NCBI RefSeq assembly: GCF_006345805.1
Contig: NC_042998.1
Span: 101,246,001 to 101,310,000, forward strand
Length of the DNA stretch: 64,000 nucleotides
Direction of reading: 5' to 3'
From: Octopus sinensis
Taxonomy: Eukaryota
The translations under genes were made by a program, and so were the position numbers. This document shows positions 1-11,230 of this stretch, in pieces (positions within the stretch are counted from its first letter, which is position 1; each line of letters opens with the position of its first letter). The notes beneath the pieces were generated by a model, which did no database searches, was not told the origin of the DNA, and worked only from the letters and a program-made list of their open reading frames with translations.

Positions 1-770
1 GGGAGAGAAAGGCCCTCGGGCCATCTGACATTGGGTAGATTGAAGTCTCCCATAAGAAGTACACTTATGTGTTGTTCTAATGTGACTAGAACTTCTTCTA
101 TTTTTATAAGGCAGTCTTCAAACTTGCCTACATGGCTTAGGGCATCTGGAGGGCGATATGTAGTACACACAACTACACGAAGTTGCCTTATATGTACAAT
201 TAGTGTGTCACACACCGAGTTTGAGTATGACAAAAGGATCTGGGGTGTGAGGTCCTCACGGATGTACATAGCAACTCCTCCATGACTCCTTTCTTTTCTG
301 TCGGTCCGTAGTACAACATACTGTGGTATGTGTAATTCCGCATCTGCTATGTCCGGTTTCAGGTGTGTTTCCGTAAGTGCTATGCATAAGGCTTGATTCC
401 ATGCAACAAAGTCTCTGAAGAACGGGATTTTTGTCCTATTACTGAGTGTTAGCAGTCCTCTGATGTTCAGTAGGAGCATCGAGGTGAGGTGTATGCTGTT
501 GCCGGCGGTGTCCACCTTGGGTCTATTTGCTGTAGCTGTCTTGTGTATTGTGGATAGTCCCATCTGCGAGTTTGAGTTTGATGGAGCCAGGTTAGCTGCT
601 GTACAATCTTTTGTGCCATGCACAAAAAAGATTCTTGTTCAGCAGCTGCCCTTTCAATAACAAGTTGGCGGTTTGTAGCACGCACCACATCTGCGTACCT
701 CCGTTTTGGGGCAGGTGGTGCGTGGTCCATTCCTTTTCCTTTTGGTAGTTGGTTTCTGACCTGTTTCGTG
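1..770 (-). mobile_element. LINE fragment (CR1/L2/Jockey group): ORF1 C-terminus plus ORF2 AP-endonuclease domain, running off the window start
   Basis: Minus-strand ATG at 479 reads MLLLNIRGL...ALTETHLKPD...VLRTDRKERSHGGVAMYIRE...TYRPPDA...LLMGDFNLPNVRW with no stop down to base 1. These are typical APE motifs. The upstream ORF (467-823) overlaps it and is cut by a TA/CA microsatellite near 770. Confidence 0.85.
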
Positions 771-1100
771 TTTATATATACATATATATGTAAGTATGTA
801 CATGTATGTATGTGTATATGCATATATATTATATATATATATATATATAATATATTATATATATATATAATATATATAATATAATATATATACTATTAAT
901 GTTATTATATGATTGAACGCAACGCATCCATTTCCAAGGAAGTTTATATATATATATAGATATACATATATGCATATATGTATATATGTACATATACTTC
1001 CACACAGTCACATTATATACAAATGTATACACGTATAAACAAATACACCTAGACACACACTCACTCACACAAACACACGCACAAACGCATACCCACACAT
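771..1100. repeat. Compound (TA)n/(CA)n microsatellite
   Basis: Direct inspection. Representative of dozens of similar tracts in the window. Confidence 0.9.
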
Positions 1101-1811
1101 ATGATGTAGATATATGTAGGTGTACATTTATACATGTAGATAAGTAAGTGTGAGCTTATGTCTATGAACAAAATACTTATATAGGGCATTTATAATATAT
1201 AAATACTTATAGAAGGCCTAACATATAAAGTTTCTATAGAATTTGTAAATATCGAGGTATAAGCTATTATTACTAAAATGACGAATAAATGGGAAAATAT
1301 GAGAACAAACCTCATACTGATAATGAAAAATTATAGCTTTATCAAGCCCACACATTTTTTATGATAAAAAAATAAATGCCTGTTTTTTTCTCTTATATGA
1401 TTTAAAAGTGACTATTTCCCAAATTCAATGCCAGCATTTCACACGTGATTACGAACGGGCTCATGACGATACACATCTATAGAAGGCTTACAATTCAATT
1501 GACGAAATTTTATATGTGGTGTGAAGTGACTTACTATTTTTTCTGTCATATCAAATCAATATTAATGTTTGTTATTATAAGCACTATTTACAGCGATTAT
1601 TTTTAGTCATCAGGAAGAACGAAGTTTTAATCTTTCACAAATGACAGTTTTATAATTCCGAATCTTAAAAACATTTGTTCGAGTGATAGACTGGCGGAAT
1701 CGTTTAGTGCTGCGAAAAAATAGCTTAGGATATTTAGTCTTGATCTTTATGTTCAGAATTCAAATCACGCCAAGATCAAAATTGTCCTTCTGCAAGTTGA
1801 TAGAAATAATG

Positions 1812-2012
1812 ATTTCAAATTTTGGCACAGGTACAGCAATTTCGAGACAAGGGGTATGTCGATTACACCAACCTCAGTATTCAAATGGTACTTATTTTAT
1901 CTATGAAAAGATGAAAGGCTAAGTAGACCTCGGCAGAATTTGAACTCAGAACGTAAGACCGGACGAAATGTCGCTAAACATTTCGCCCTGCGTGCTAATG
2001 ATTCTGATCACC
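1812..2012 (-). mobile_element. SINE family A copy (degenerate)
   Basis: Reverse complement of the core ACGTTCTGAGTTCAAATTC...GCCTTTCATC seen in the intact copies at 37789 and 50148. Confidence 0.75.
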
Positions 2013-2387
2013 ACCTTCAGAAGTTGAATATAATACGAGTTAAAGCAGTAGAGGCAATATAATCGACTAAACTCTACCAAAATTTCTGGCCATTTTTAAA
2101 GACAGTTTCTTAAAATAAAATGTTCTGTAATTTTTGCATCATGTGACGCTGGAAGTTATTAAACTCAGCTGGTGCGAGAAAAACGGCAATGGTCTTTTTA
2201 CGTTTCTACAACCTGATAAAGAATTTGCAATCAAAGCGTGGTATAATTCTTAATGAAAGGCAATATATTTGTTCAATTCAGCCAAGACATAACCAACTCT
2301 CTGTGGTGGTAGAATACCCCACTGCAGTATCCCGGCCTCATACAGGAGATAAATCTAACCCATATATATTTTAATACATGTCTCTGT

Positions 2388-2700
2388 AAGATGGTGAGCT
2401 GGCAAAATCGTTAATACGCCTGGCAATATCCTTAACAGCATATCTTCTATCTTCACACCCCTAATTCAAATTCCGGCGAGTTCGAAATTGCTTCTCATCC
2501 TCCCGAGATGAGCACTGGGGTTGAAGTAATTGACTTATTCTCCCTTCTGAAATTGCTGGCCTTGTGCCAGCTGGAAGAATAGCATGGCGGGCAAAATGCT
2601 TCGTTGAATTTCATCCGTTTTACTTTCAGGGTTTATGAGATAAGTACCGGTTGATAATGGGGTCGATGTAATCGACTTCCCTCCGAAATTGCTGGCCTTG
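2388..2700. mobile_element. SINE family A fragments in both orientations
   Basis: GGTGAGCTGGCAAAATCGTTA head on the plus strand, followed by reverse-oriented AAATTGCTGGCCTTGTG / GGGGTCGATGTAATCGAC pieces. Confidence 0.65.
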
Positions 2701-3921
2701 CGCGAAAATTTGTACAAGTATACGTCTCTGTTGATTTTTTGGTTCAACTGCACTTTGTATAGAGAGATTTATTTATCATGTTTTTATTTTCAAATTCCGT
2801 TGTGAAGTGTATTTTCGGTGACATGGACGAGATACATTGGACCAAATGACAATGTGCTACGTTGATTTATATAATTTGGATTTGATTTTCAGCACTTTCT
2901 TCTGTTCTAAATTATATTCGAATGATGCGATAATTTTAGTAGCTACTTAAGTCACATGATATGAAAGCAGCTGATAAAATTTGCATTGCTGGATGTTATG
3001 ACAGATAACATGAAGGTAAAAGAACGTTTTCATAAATTAACAGCTTTCGCGCATAACAGACTACTTTCAATCACAGCGCGGAAATTTTCCGATCGGTTTG
3101 TTTGTACAATTTTGTGTTTCAATTCACTGATTCCTTTCTAAATGTCTGATGAAACTGGGTGACCCGCTGACGCATTTTGAGACTGAGAAAGAGATAGTTC
3201 GAATCCATGTATTTACCGCCACAGACTGAGAAGGCTCGCCGAGAGCAATAGCTTCTCTGGTCTCTAATAATTTTCTTTCTTTTATCTAATTAGACATACA
3301 AAGCCCTGTTGAGAGGTAAATAAGAATGCAAACACACTTCTTCCTATATTATTTATGTGCAGAAAGAAAGAGAGTGATTTTTTAATGGCCCGTTCACAGT
3401 TTGTTGACTGTCTTGCAAAGAAAGTGAACCGGGCTTCCGTCTCTAATCAGACTCAAAGAGCATTATGTCGCTTTATAAAGTAGTCATAAATTAAGCCGGT
3501 ACCTTCATTAAGAACCTAATTTGTAAAGTTTTGCCTTTGATTGCTCGGAATTTACTTTAAAAATATTTTATGAACAAAACGAAGCAAAAGAAGGACTGAA
3601 ATGAATATAAATTTTACAGTCTTGCTGTTGGTGAAATAAGAATATAATCACATATCCGCCTACGCAAATAATGCGCCCACAAAAGAGGGGAAAATATTTT
3701 CAGAGATCGTTACTTGGTTTGTTGACCACTATTCAGAAAAAATATCTGAAGTTTCATTGCGTATTCAATAACACAGAGTATTGTGCTAGTACATACCGCA
3801 GTTATAAATTTGGCAAGCACGTTGATAGATCGCCCCATTTGCATATTTACTTTCTCGCTTTCTTTGTGTGTTTGTATGTATGTGTGTATGTATGTATGCA
3901 GTTGTATGTATGTATGTATAG

Positions 3922-3993
<72 letters not shown>

Positions 3994-4168
3994 TAAGAAA
4001 GTTTGTTTGGTAAAGCACGTGGGTGAATATATAAGAAAATAGTAAAGTGTGAAAAAACGACAGAAGGCTTAAATGTAAAAAAATATATATTTGTGTCAAA
4101 ATGTCTGGAGAATATTGGAAAAATTTTTTTCCTTTCCTTAAAATGACATAATTTAAAAATTTTTTAAG

Positions 4169-4204
4169 GAAATTACCGGTTTCGCGTGTAGCTTTTCAAA
4201 TTTC
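4169..4204 (-). ncRNA. Minimal type I hammerhead ribozyme (U3-A8 variant)
   Basis: GAAAT-TTGAAAA-GC tacac GC-GAAA-CCGG-TA-ATTTC: 5-bp stem I, 2-bp stem II, 1-bp stem III with a palindromic CCGG loop, GUA cleavage triplet. Confidence 0.7.
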
Positions 4205-4318
4205 TTGTGACGTTATGTTTATATTGCATGGAATTATCGTTGTTTTTATTTCCAGGAGATTTCTAAATAAGGGGAGGTAGTGAGTGATTTTTTCCGGTGT
4301 AGGGGAGATAATCGCTTA

Positions 4319-4349
<31 letters not shown>

Positions 4350-4978
4350 CCCATTTCCTTGTTAATTTCTCTGTGTCAGTATGTTCGGATGGTTGAGTCT
4401 GGGTTTGTACTTTTCAATGAAGAATGTTTCCTTGTTCAGTCTCATTTGTGTTGATGATCCGAAAGCACATTGGTAAAATGGGAAGATTAAAAATTGTGGC
4501 AGTAGTTGCTTTGCGCATTTCTCAATGTGCTCACTAAAAGGTATCATTCTATATTCTGGGAATGCAATCTGTTGTCGATGCAGTGTGCATCTGCGCCTGA
4601 GTGATACGACAACAGATTGCATTCCCAGAATATAGAATGATACCTTTTAGTGAGCACATTGAGAAATGCGCAAAGCAACTACTGCCACAATTTTTAATCT
4701 TCCCATTTTACCAATGTGCTTTCGGATCATCAACACAAATGAGACTGAACAAGGAAACATTCTTCATTGAAAAGTACAAACCCAGACTCAACCATCCGAA
4801 CATACTGACACAGAGAAATTAACAAGGAAATGGGAAAAAAAAAAAAAAAAAAAAAAAAAATTTTTAAGCGATTATCTCCCCTACACCGGAAAAAATCACT
4901 CACTACCTCCCCTTATTTAGAAATCTCCTGGAAGTAAAAACAACGATAATTCCATGCAATATAAACATAACGTCACAA

Positions 4979-5014
4979 GAAATTTGAAAAGCTACACGCG
5001 AAACCGGTAATTTC
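4979..5014 (+). ncRNA. Minimal type I hammerhead ribozyme (inverted duplicate of 4169-4204)
   Basis: Identical sequence on the plus strand in the right arm of the foldback. Confidence 0.7.
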
Positions 5015-5151
5015 CTTAAAAAATTTTTAAATTATGTCATTTTAAGGAAAGGAAAAAAATTTTTCCAATATTCTCCAGACATTTTGACACAAATATATAT
5101 ATTTTTTAACATTTAAGCCTTCTGTCGTTTTTTCACACTTTACTATTTTCT

Positions 5152-5182
<31 letters not shown>

Positions 5183-5234
5183 ACCTCTTTTACAGCCTTC
5201 GGTTTTGGTTACAAATCCATATATATATATATAT

Positions 5235-5890
5235 AATAGAAATATTAAAATTACTAAGTCTCTCTAAAGGAGATTACGGCAGCGTTACTGGAAATTAATA
5301 GTTATCACCATACTTATATGGCAGTCTTATAAATATAAGACTAAAGCTGTCGCTGATTAGCTCCAAGAGACCACCGCCTCAAGCTAGCTATTTGACACAC
5401 AACCTGCGTCCATTATAAACCTTCGAACAGGGGAGGTCAGCCGCTTCATCCTGCCAGTCAGACAGCTGCAGACATGTTTCAGGGTATTTGCCCTTTATCA
5501 ATGCAGCGTAGTCAGACCCAGCAGGTGTCGCTACTGACTGTCCCTGTTCGAAGAATCTATTTACCTAGTTTCAGTGGAATACATCCACTGTTTTCAATAA
5601 TAGAAATATTAAAATTACTAAGTCTCTAAAGGAGATTACGGCAGCGTTACTGGAAGTTAATAGTTATCGCCATACTTATATGGCAGTCTTATAAATATAA
5701 GACTAAAGCTGTCGCTGATTAGCTCAAGAGGCCACCACCTCAAGCTAGCTTTGACACACAACCTGCGTCCATTATAAACCTTCGCAAGTTGTGTGTCAAA
5801 TAGCTAGCTTGAGGCGGTGGCCTCTTGAGCTAATCAGCGACAGCTTTAGTCTTATATTATAAAACTGCCATATAAGTATAGCGATAACTA
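5235..5890 (-). mobile_element. Retrozyme-like / PLE pLTR insert: ~1.5 copies of a 364-bp monomer plus an inverted partial copy, in (TA)n
   Basis: TAGAAATATTAAAATTACTAAG recurs at 5237 and 5601. Bases 5785-5890 are the reverse complement of part of the monomer. A hammerhead lies at 5465-5507. Confidence 0.75.
5465..5507 (-). ncRNA. Minimal type I hammerhead ribozyme (U3-A8 variant)
   Basis: GCTGCA-TTGATAA-AGGG caaata CCCT-GAAA-CATG-TC-TGCAGC: perfect 6-bp stem I, 4-bp stem II, palindromic ACATGT stem III, GUC triplet. Confidence 0.85.
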
Positions 5891-5895
5891 TATAT

Positions 5896-5928
<33 letters not shown>

Positions 5929-5999
5929 TATATATACATATATATATATAGAGTATAGAGGAAAATTGAAAGAAGTAAAAACGCTATGTATGTTATTAA

Positions 6000-6270
6000 A
6001 ACATTTATATCTTCATATCTTCTACATACGTTTCGATGGATGCATTCAAAATACGTCCGATAGGTAGAATAATGGTCAACTATTCATCAATCCCATCAAG
6101 AAAGATATAAACAACACTCAGCAAATAGACATTTTTACAGATATGCAGTGCTGTTTATGTCTTTCCTGATGGGATTGATGCATAGCTGACCATAATTATT
6201 CCTGTTAGACGTATTTTGAATGCATCCCTCGAAACATATATACATATGTTCTAGAGAATATATGAAAATA
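6000..6270. repeat. Older, imperfect foldback (~90-100 bp arms)
   Basis: GTTTCGATGGATGCATTCAAAATACGTC...AAAGATATAAACAACACT pairs with AGTGCTGTTTATGTCTTT...GACGTATTTTGAATGCATCCCTCGAAAC, with scattered substitutions. Confidence 0.75.
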
Positions 6271-6486
6271 TAAATCTTGAGCGTTTGTCTCCTTTTTCAA
6301 CTTTTATTATTTTCTCCTAAATACGACTTACTGATCCCGGAATCAAATCACACACAAGTATGATCATTGTTTTCTTGGACACTTAAGCAACATTTAGCTA
6401 CTTTGTAATTATCCCCCTGGATCTTTCCTATATAATATAATATATCGCTGTGGATATATGTATTTAAATGTATACGCACACACACA

Positions 6487-6830
6487 CTATGTGGTATGAG
6501 TCTTACTTACTAAACACACGGTTTCAGGTTTCGATGCACTGCATGGTATCTTGAGCAATTGTCCCGTGAGTAGATTTGGTAGACGGTATTGAAAGAAGCC
6601 TGTCGTGTGTGTGTGTGTGTGTTTGTTTGCGTGTGCGTGTGCACACGCGTGTGTGTATGTTCTTGTATTTGTGTTTATCATTCCACACTGCTTGCTCAAA
6701 GGTGTTGGGGCTTGTTTACGTCCCCATATCTTAGAGGTTTAGAAAAGGAGACCGATAGTGCCAGTACCTTGGTGAAATTTTCAGATTAAACCCTTCAAAG
6801 CGGTGCCTCAGTCTGACCGTTGCTAAAGAC
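6487..6830 (+). mobile_element. SINE family B copy (degenerate)
   Basis: Matches 9325-9730: GATTTGGTAGACGG...GAAAGAAGCC, an internal (TG)n, and GAGACCGATAG. Confidence 0.65.
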
Positions 6831-6843
6831 TGAAACATGTAAC

Positions 6844-6880
<37 letters not shown>

Positions 6881-6918
6881 CATGCATACATACACGCACA
6901 CACACACATGTATATATA

Positions 6919-6952
<34 letters not shown>

Positions 6953-6969
6953 CAATCAGAAGGGCACAC

Positions 6970-7007
<38 letters not shown>

Positions 7008-7930
7008 AAAATAAATAAATCCATATAAAGGGCATAGTTACAAACAACATAGGAAGCGAACCCATAAACACAAACCAATACACAAAGAAACACGTAAGAA
7101 ATTTCACGGACGGCCACAACAATATCAACAACACAGGAATAACAACGACAGCAGCAGCGGCGGTGACAATGATAGCAACAACAACAACAACAACAACTTC
7201 CACGATGGCAGTACCGTGAACACACAAACACAGAAGGATACGGGAAATGAATCAAATTTTCGGGTTTTAGGACAACAACAGCATAATGGGGTGAGAGGAT
7301 TGGGCTGAAGGGAAAGACATACTGCTGCTAAGAACGATGACACACACACACAAACATATACACACACACACACTCGTACATACACAAACATGCACTCACA
7401 CATACACAAACACGGACGTAAACGCATGTGCACATAAGGATAGAAGAACAGAATGGAATAAGTGGAACAAGAGCGCACACATAAACGAAAAGTATCTCTG
7501 AAGAGGTCACAGATTTGTGACGAAAAATGTTCGGACAATGGACATGAGTTAAAATTAAAAAAACAAAAGAGCAGTAATAAACGATGAAGAACAAATATAT
7601 AGTGCGTGTGTTTATTTAGAAAAAAATATCCATCCCGAAATACAACAATATATATATATATGCATACCAATAGTTAGCATTATTAAAGCATTGCATTTGT
7701 TATAGTGGCAGAATTCTGCAACTGAAAACCTATTTTTGCTATTGATTTTCATGTTAGATTCTGTTTCGCGAAAAACAAAACAACCACCTTTATAATCATT
7801 GTCAGATTTTCTGCATCGTGGCCGATCGCTGCAAACGTACGTACATACATATATACATATGTATGTATTAACATAAATAATCACACAGGCACGCATAAAC
7901 TTATATGTGTGGGTATATATATATGTATAT

Positions 7931-8006
<76 letters not shown>

Positions 8007-8102
8007 TGTATATATACAAACACATATATATACATTTATATATATAATATATATTATAGATAAAGTAATATATAATATATACATACATACATACATACAT
8101 AC

Positions 8103-8171
<69 letters not shown>

Positions 8172-8834
8172 TATGTATATACAAATTTATATACATATGT
8201 AATATATATTATGTATGCATTTATACATTCATAAGTATGTAAGGGACACTACATACCTCAATATTAAATAGCAAACGTTTTAACTATTCTTACCCGAGGC
8301 ATATAATCATATAATCACAAACGTACTGAGAATTCGTTATTAATAAGTTAAGATCTAAGGAACTTCGACATATTCGAAGATATAAATGTGAAAGTTCACT
8401 TCCAAAAATTATATGCAACGAAAATATGTGATACACACACACACACACATTTATACACATGCGCACACACAAACACAAACACACGCATATATATGTGTAT
8501 GTATGTATATACGTATTGATATGTGTGTATATATATATATATATATATGAGTATATATGTGTAAATATATATATATACATAGATATATAATTTCTACACA
8601 TATACATATACATGCACATGAACACAAACATATACGTATATCTAATTATATCTGTATCAGGTATATATGTATATATTTGCATACACTTACATATATATAT
8701 ATATGCACATACACACACACATATCATTCTACCTGCTCTCACCATTCTTGTACAGACGTACATACACACAGATGTGTGTATGCGTATGTGTGAGAGCGTT
8801 TATATATATGTATATGTACATACACACATATATA

Positions 8835-9190
8835 TATCGTGGCACTCCGCCGTTTATGACGACGAGGGTTCCAGTTGATCCGATCAAGGAAACAGCCTAC
8901 TGAACCCTTAGCGTAGTTCCCGGGGAGATTCAGCGTGATAAAAAGTGTGACAAGGCTGAAATACAGGTATAGTAGAAACAGGAACAAATAATGAGAGAAA
9001 GTTGTGGTGAAAGAGTACAACAGGATTCGCCACCACCACCACCACCACCACCACCACTCTGCCGGACCCTCGTGGAACTTTAGGTGTTTTCGCTCAATAA
9101 ACACTCACAACGCCCGGTCTGGGAATCGAAACTGTAATCCTACGACCGTGAGTCTGCTGTCCTAACCGCTGGGCCATTGCGCCTCCACAT
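8835..9190 (-). mobile_element. tRNA-derived SINE, family D
   Basis: The minus strand starts GGAGGCGCAATGGCCCAGCGGTTAGG...GTTTCGATTCCC, a tRNA-like head with A and B boxes. Confidence 0.7.
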
Positions 9191-9324
9191 ACACACATAT
9201 AAACATACATGCATACATACATACATACATACATACATATCTATCTCTCAGTCTATCTATCTATATGTATATATATGTGTGTGTGTGTGTTTGGATATAT
9301 ATATATATGTATGTATGTATGTAT

Positions 9325-9730
9325 GGAGTGGCTGTGTGGTAAGTAGCTTGTTTACCAACCACATGGTTCCGGGTTCAGTCCCACTGCGTGGCACCTTGGG
9401 CAAGTGTCTTCTACTATAGCCTCGGGCCGACTAAAGCCTTGTGAGTGGATTTGGTAGACGGAAACTGAAAGAAGCCCGTCGTATATATATGTATATGTAT
9501 GTATATGTGTGTGTGTGCGTGTATGTTTATGTTTGTCCCCCTAGCATTGCTTGACAACCGATGCTGGTGTGTTTATGTCCCCGTCACTTAGCGGTTCGGC
9601 AAAAGAGACCGATAGAATAAGTACTGGGCTTACAAAGAATAAGTCCCGGGGTCGAGTTGCTCGATTAAAGGCGGTGCTCCAGCATGGCCGCAGTCAAATG
9701 ACTGAAAGAAGTAAAAGAGTAAAAGAGAGA
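9325..9730 (+). mobile_element. tRNA-derived SINE, family B (CORE-like central region), near full length
   Basis: GGAGTGGCTGTGTGGTAAG...GGGTTCAGTCCC head, ACCTTGGGCAAGTGTCTT (CORE-like), an internal microsatellite and an AAGAGTAAAAGAG tail. Confidence 0.8.
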
Positions 9731-10439
9731 AAGAGATGTATGTGTGTATATATATACATACATACATACATATTTATACACACACACACACACATATATA
9801 TGCACACATACATACATACACACATATATATAGAGAGATAGATAGATAGATAGATAGATAAACTGAGAGATAGATATACAGAGTTATATACTTACAAATA
9901 CTTCTATGTATATATTTATACTTGTAAGTGCGTATAAGAGTATCTATTTAGGAATATACGTATGTGTATATCTTAATCTTTGAAACAACACCGAAGGTAA
10001 TTTTCCTTTTAAGATTTGCGAACAGAATAAGAATATTGTCGGTTTGACAGTTCATATATATATAAAAAAGATAAATTCCCGTTTGCCATTAAAGAGATTT
10101 TTATGGTGCTCATATCATCAGCTTATTGAATGATAATAATCAGAGATGAAATCTGACATGATGCTATGATTGATGATTAAACGTAACCTGGGGACACTAA
10201 CATGTGGTTGGCTTTGCAGAAATTACATTCAATACGGGAGATCATGACATCGATATATAGTGTAGTTCTCGGGAAAATTGAATTTAAAGTACTGAACAGT
10301 TGTTGAAACGACTGAGTTGCATTAGAATGCTAACTGGGCAAATGGTATGACAGAAAAACAGAACTACAGTCATTGGAAACTACCAGAATGTTTTGGATTC
10401 TCGAAGTACATATAAAGCTATAAATATGCGGATGTACTG

Positions 10440-10645
10440 AAATGTTTCTGACTTTAAGCGTATGGCGAAAGGACTAATTGGAGGTCCAACCTTCCCGGTT
10501 GTTTTACAGGGCTTAGAAAAACCGAAAGACCGCTGCAATAAGTGTATGAATCTGACAGGGATAGATGTTGAATAGAATAATAATTAACTCATCGATCTAT
10601 ATTTTCTTTTACCCAAGGTCAGAAACTTTTCAACACCCCCTCGAA
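10440..10645 (+). mobile_element. Mariner 3' remnant
   Basis: Encodes LQGLEKPKDRCNKCMNLTGIDVE*, like the mariner C-terminal GIxKLxxRWxKCxxxxGxYVE. It is followed by the TIR-like AACTTTTCAACACCCCCTCG. Confidence 0.7.
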
Positions 10646-10656
10646 ATAGTATTTAC

Positions 10657-10792
10657 ATATTGGGTCGAAAAACCGTTTTAAATAGAAATAGTCGAAGGCA
10701 GACTGTAGAACACCTGTCACCTTTATAGATGTTGGTTCGAGACACGGAAGCCTTCGACTTTTTTCTGTGCAAAAGGGTTTTCAACCCAATAT
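10657..10792. mobile_element. Small MITE-like foldback with ~50-bp imperfect TIRs
   Basis: ATATTGGGTCGAAAAACC...AGTCGAAGGC is inverted as GCCTTCGACT...GGTTTTCAACCCAATAT. Confidence 0.55.
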
Positions 10793-11029
10793 ATATATAT
10801 GCTTTTATTCATAGCATTATATGTATTTTGAGAATCAGTTCAAAAAAAAAAAAAAGACGAAAAGCAGAACTATTCCATATTCTCTCTAAAGTTTATAAAT
10901 TCATACGGTATAAATGAAAAATAAATATTTCATTTAAGTTTTAGATATAAATTTTAGGGAAGGGTCAAAAACAAATGTTTTACGTGTTTAGTAAAACAAT
11001 ATCTCGAGATTAGGTTATATGTAATACAT

Positions 11030-11230
11030 GAGGCGGTAAGCTGACAGAATCGCTAGCACGCCAGAAAAGACGTTGAGTGGATTCCTTCCGGTTTTACGTT
11101 CTGAGATCAAATTCTGCCAAGTTTGATTTTTTCCCCTTTCCAGGTCGATAAGATAAGCACTAGTTGAGAACTGGGTTTAATTTAATCGACAAGCCCCCTC
11201 CCACCAAATTTCAGGTTTTATGCCTATTGT
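11030..11230 (+). mobile_element. SINE family A copy
   Basis: GGCGGTAAGCTGACAGAATCGCTAGC...TACGTTCTGAGATCAAATTC...GGTCGATAAGATAAG. Confidence 0.7.

Larger units (their letters stand above)
3991..5157 (-). mobile_element. Penelope-like element 3' end (GIY-YIG C-terminus, 3' UTR, hammerhead) with a 5' inverted duplication
   Basis: The minus strand encodes SLRRRCTLHRQQI...SEHIEKC...FLIFPFYQ...RLNKETFFIEKYKPRLN*, which resembles a PLE GIY-YIG C-terminus. Bases ~4028-4577 are repeated almost perfectly in inverted form at 4607-5157 around a 29-nt spacer. (TA)n tracts lie on both sides. Confidence 0.8.
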
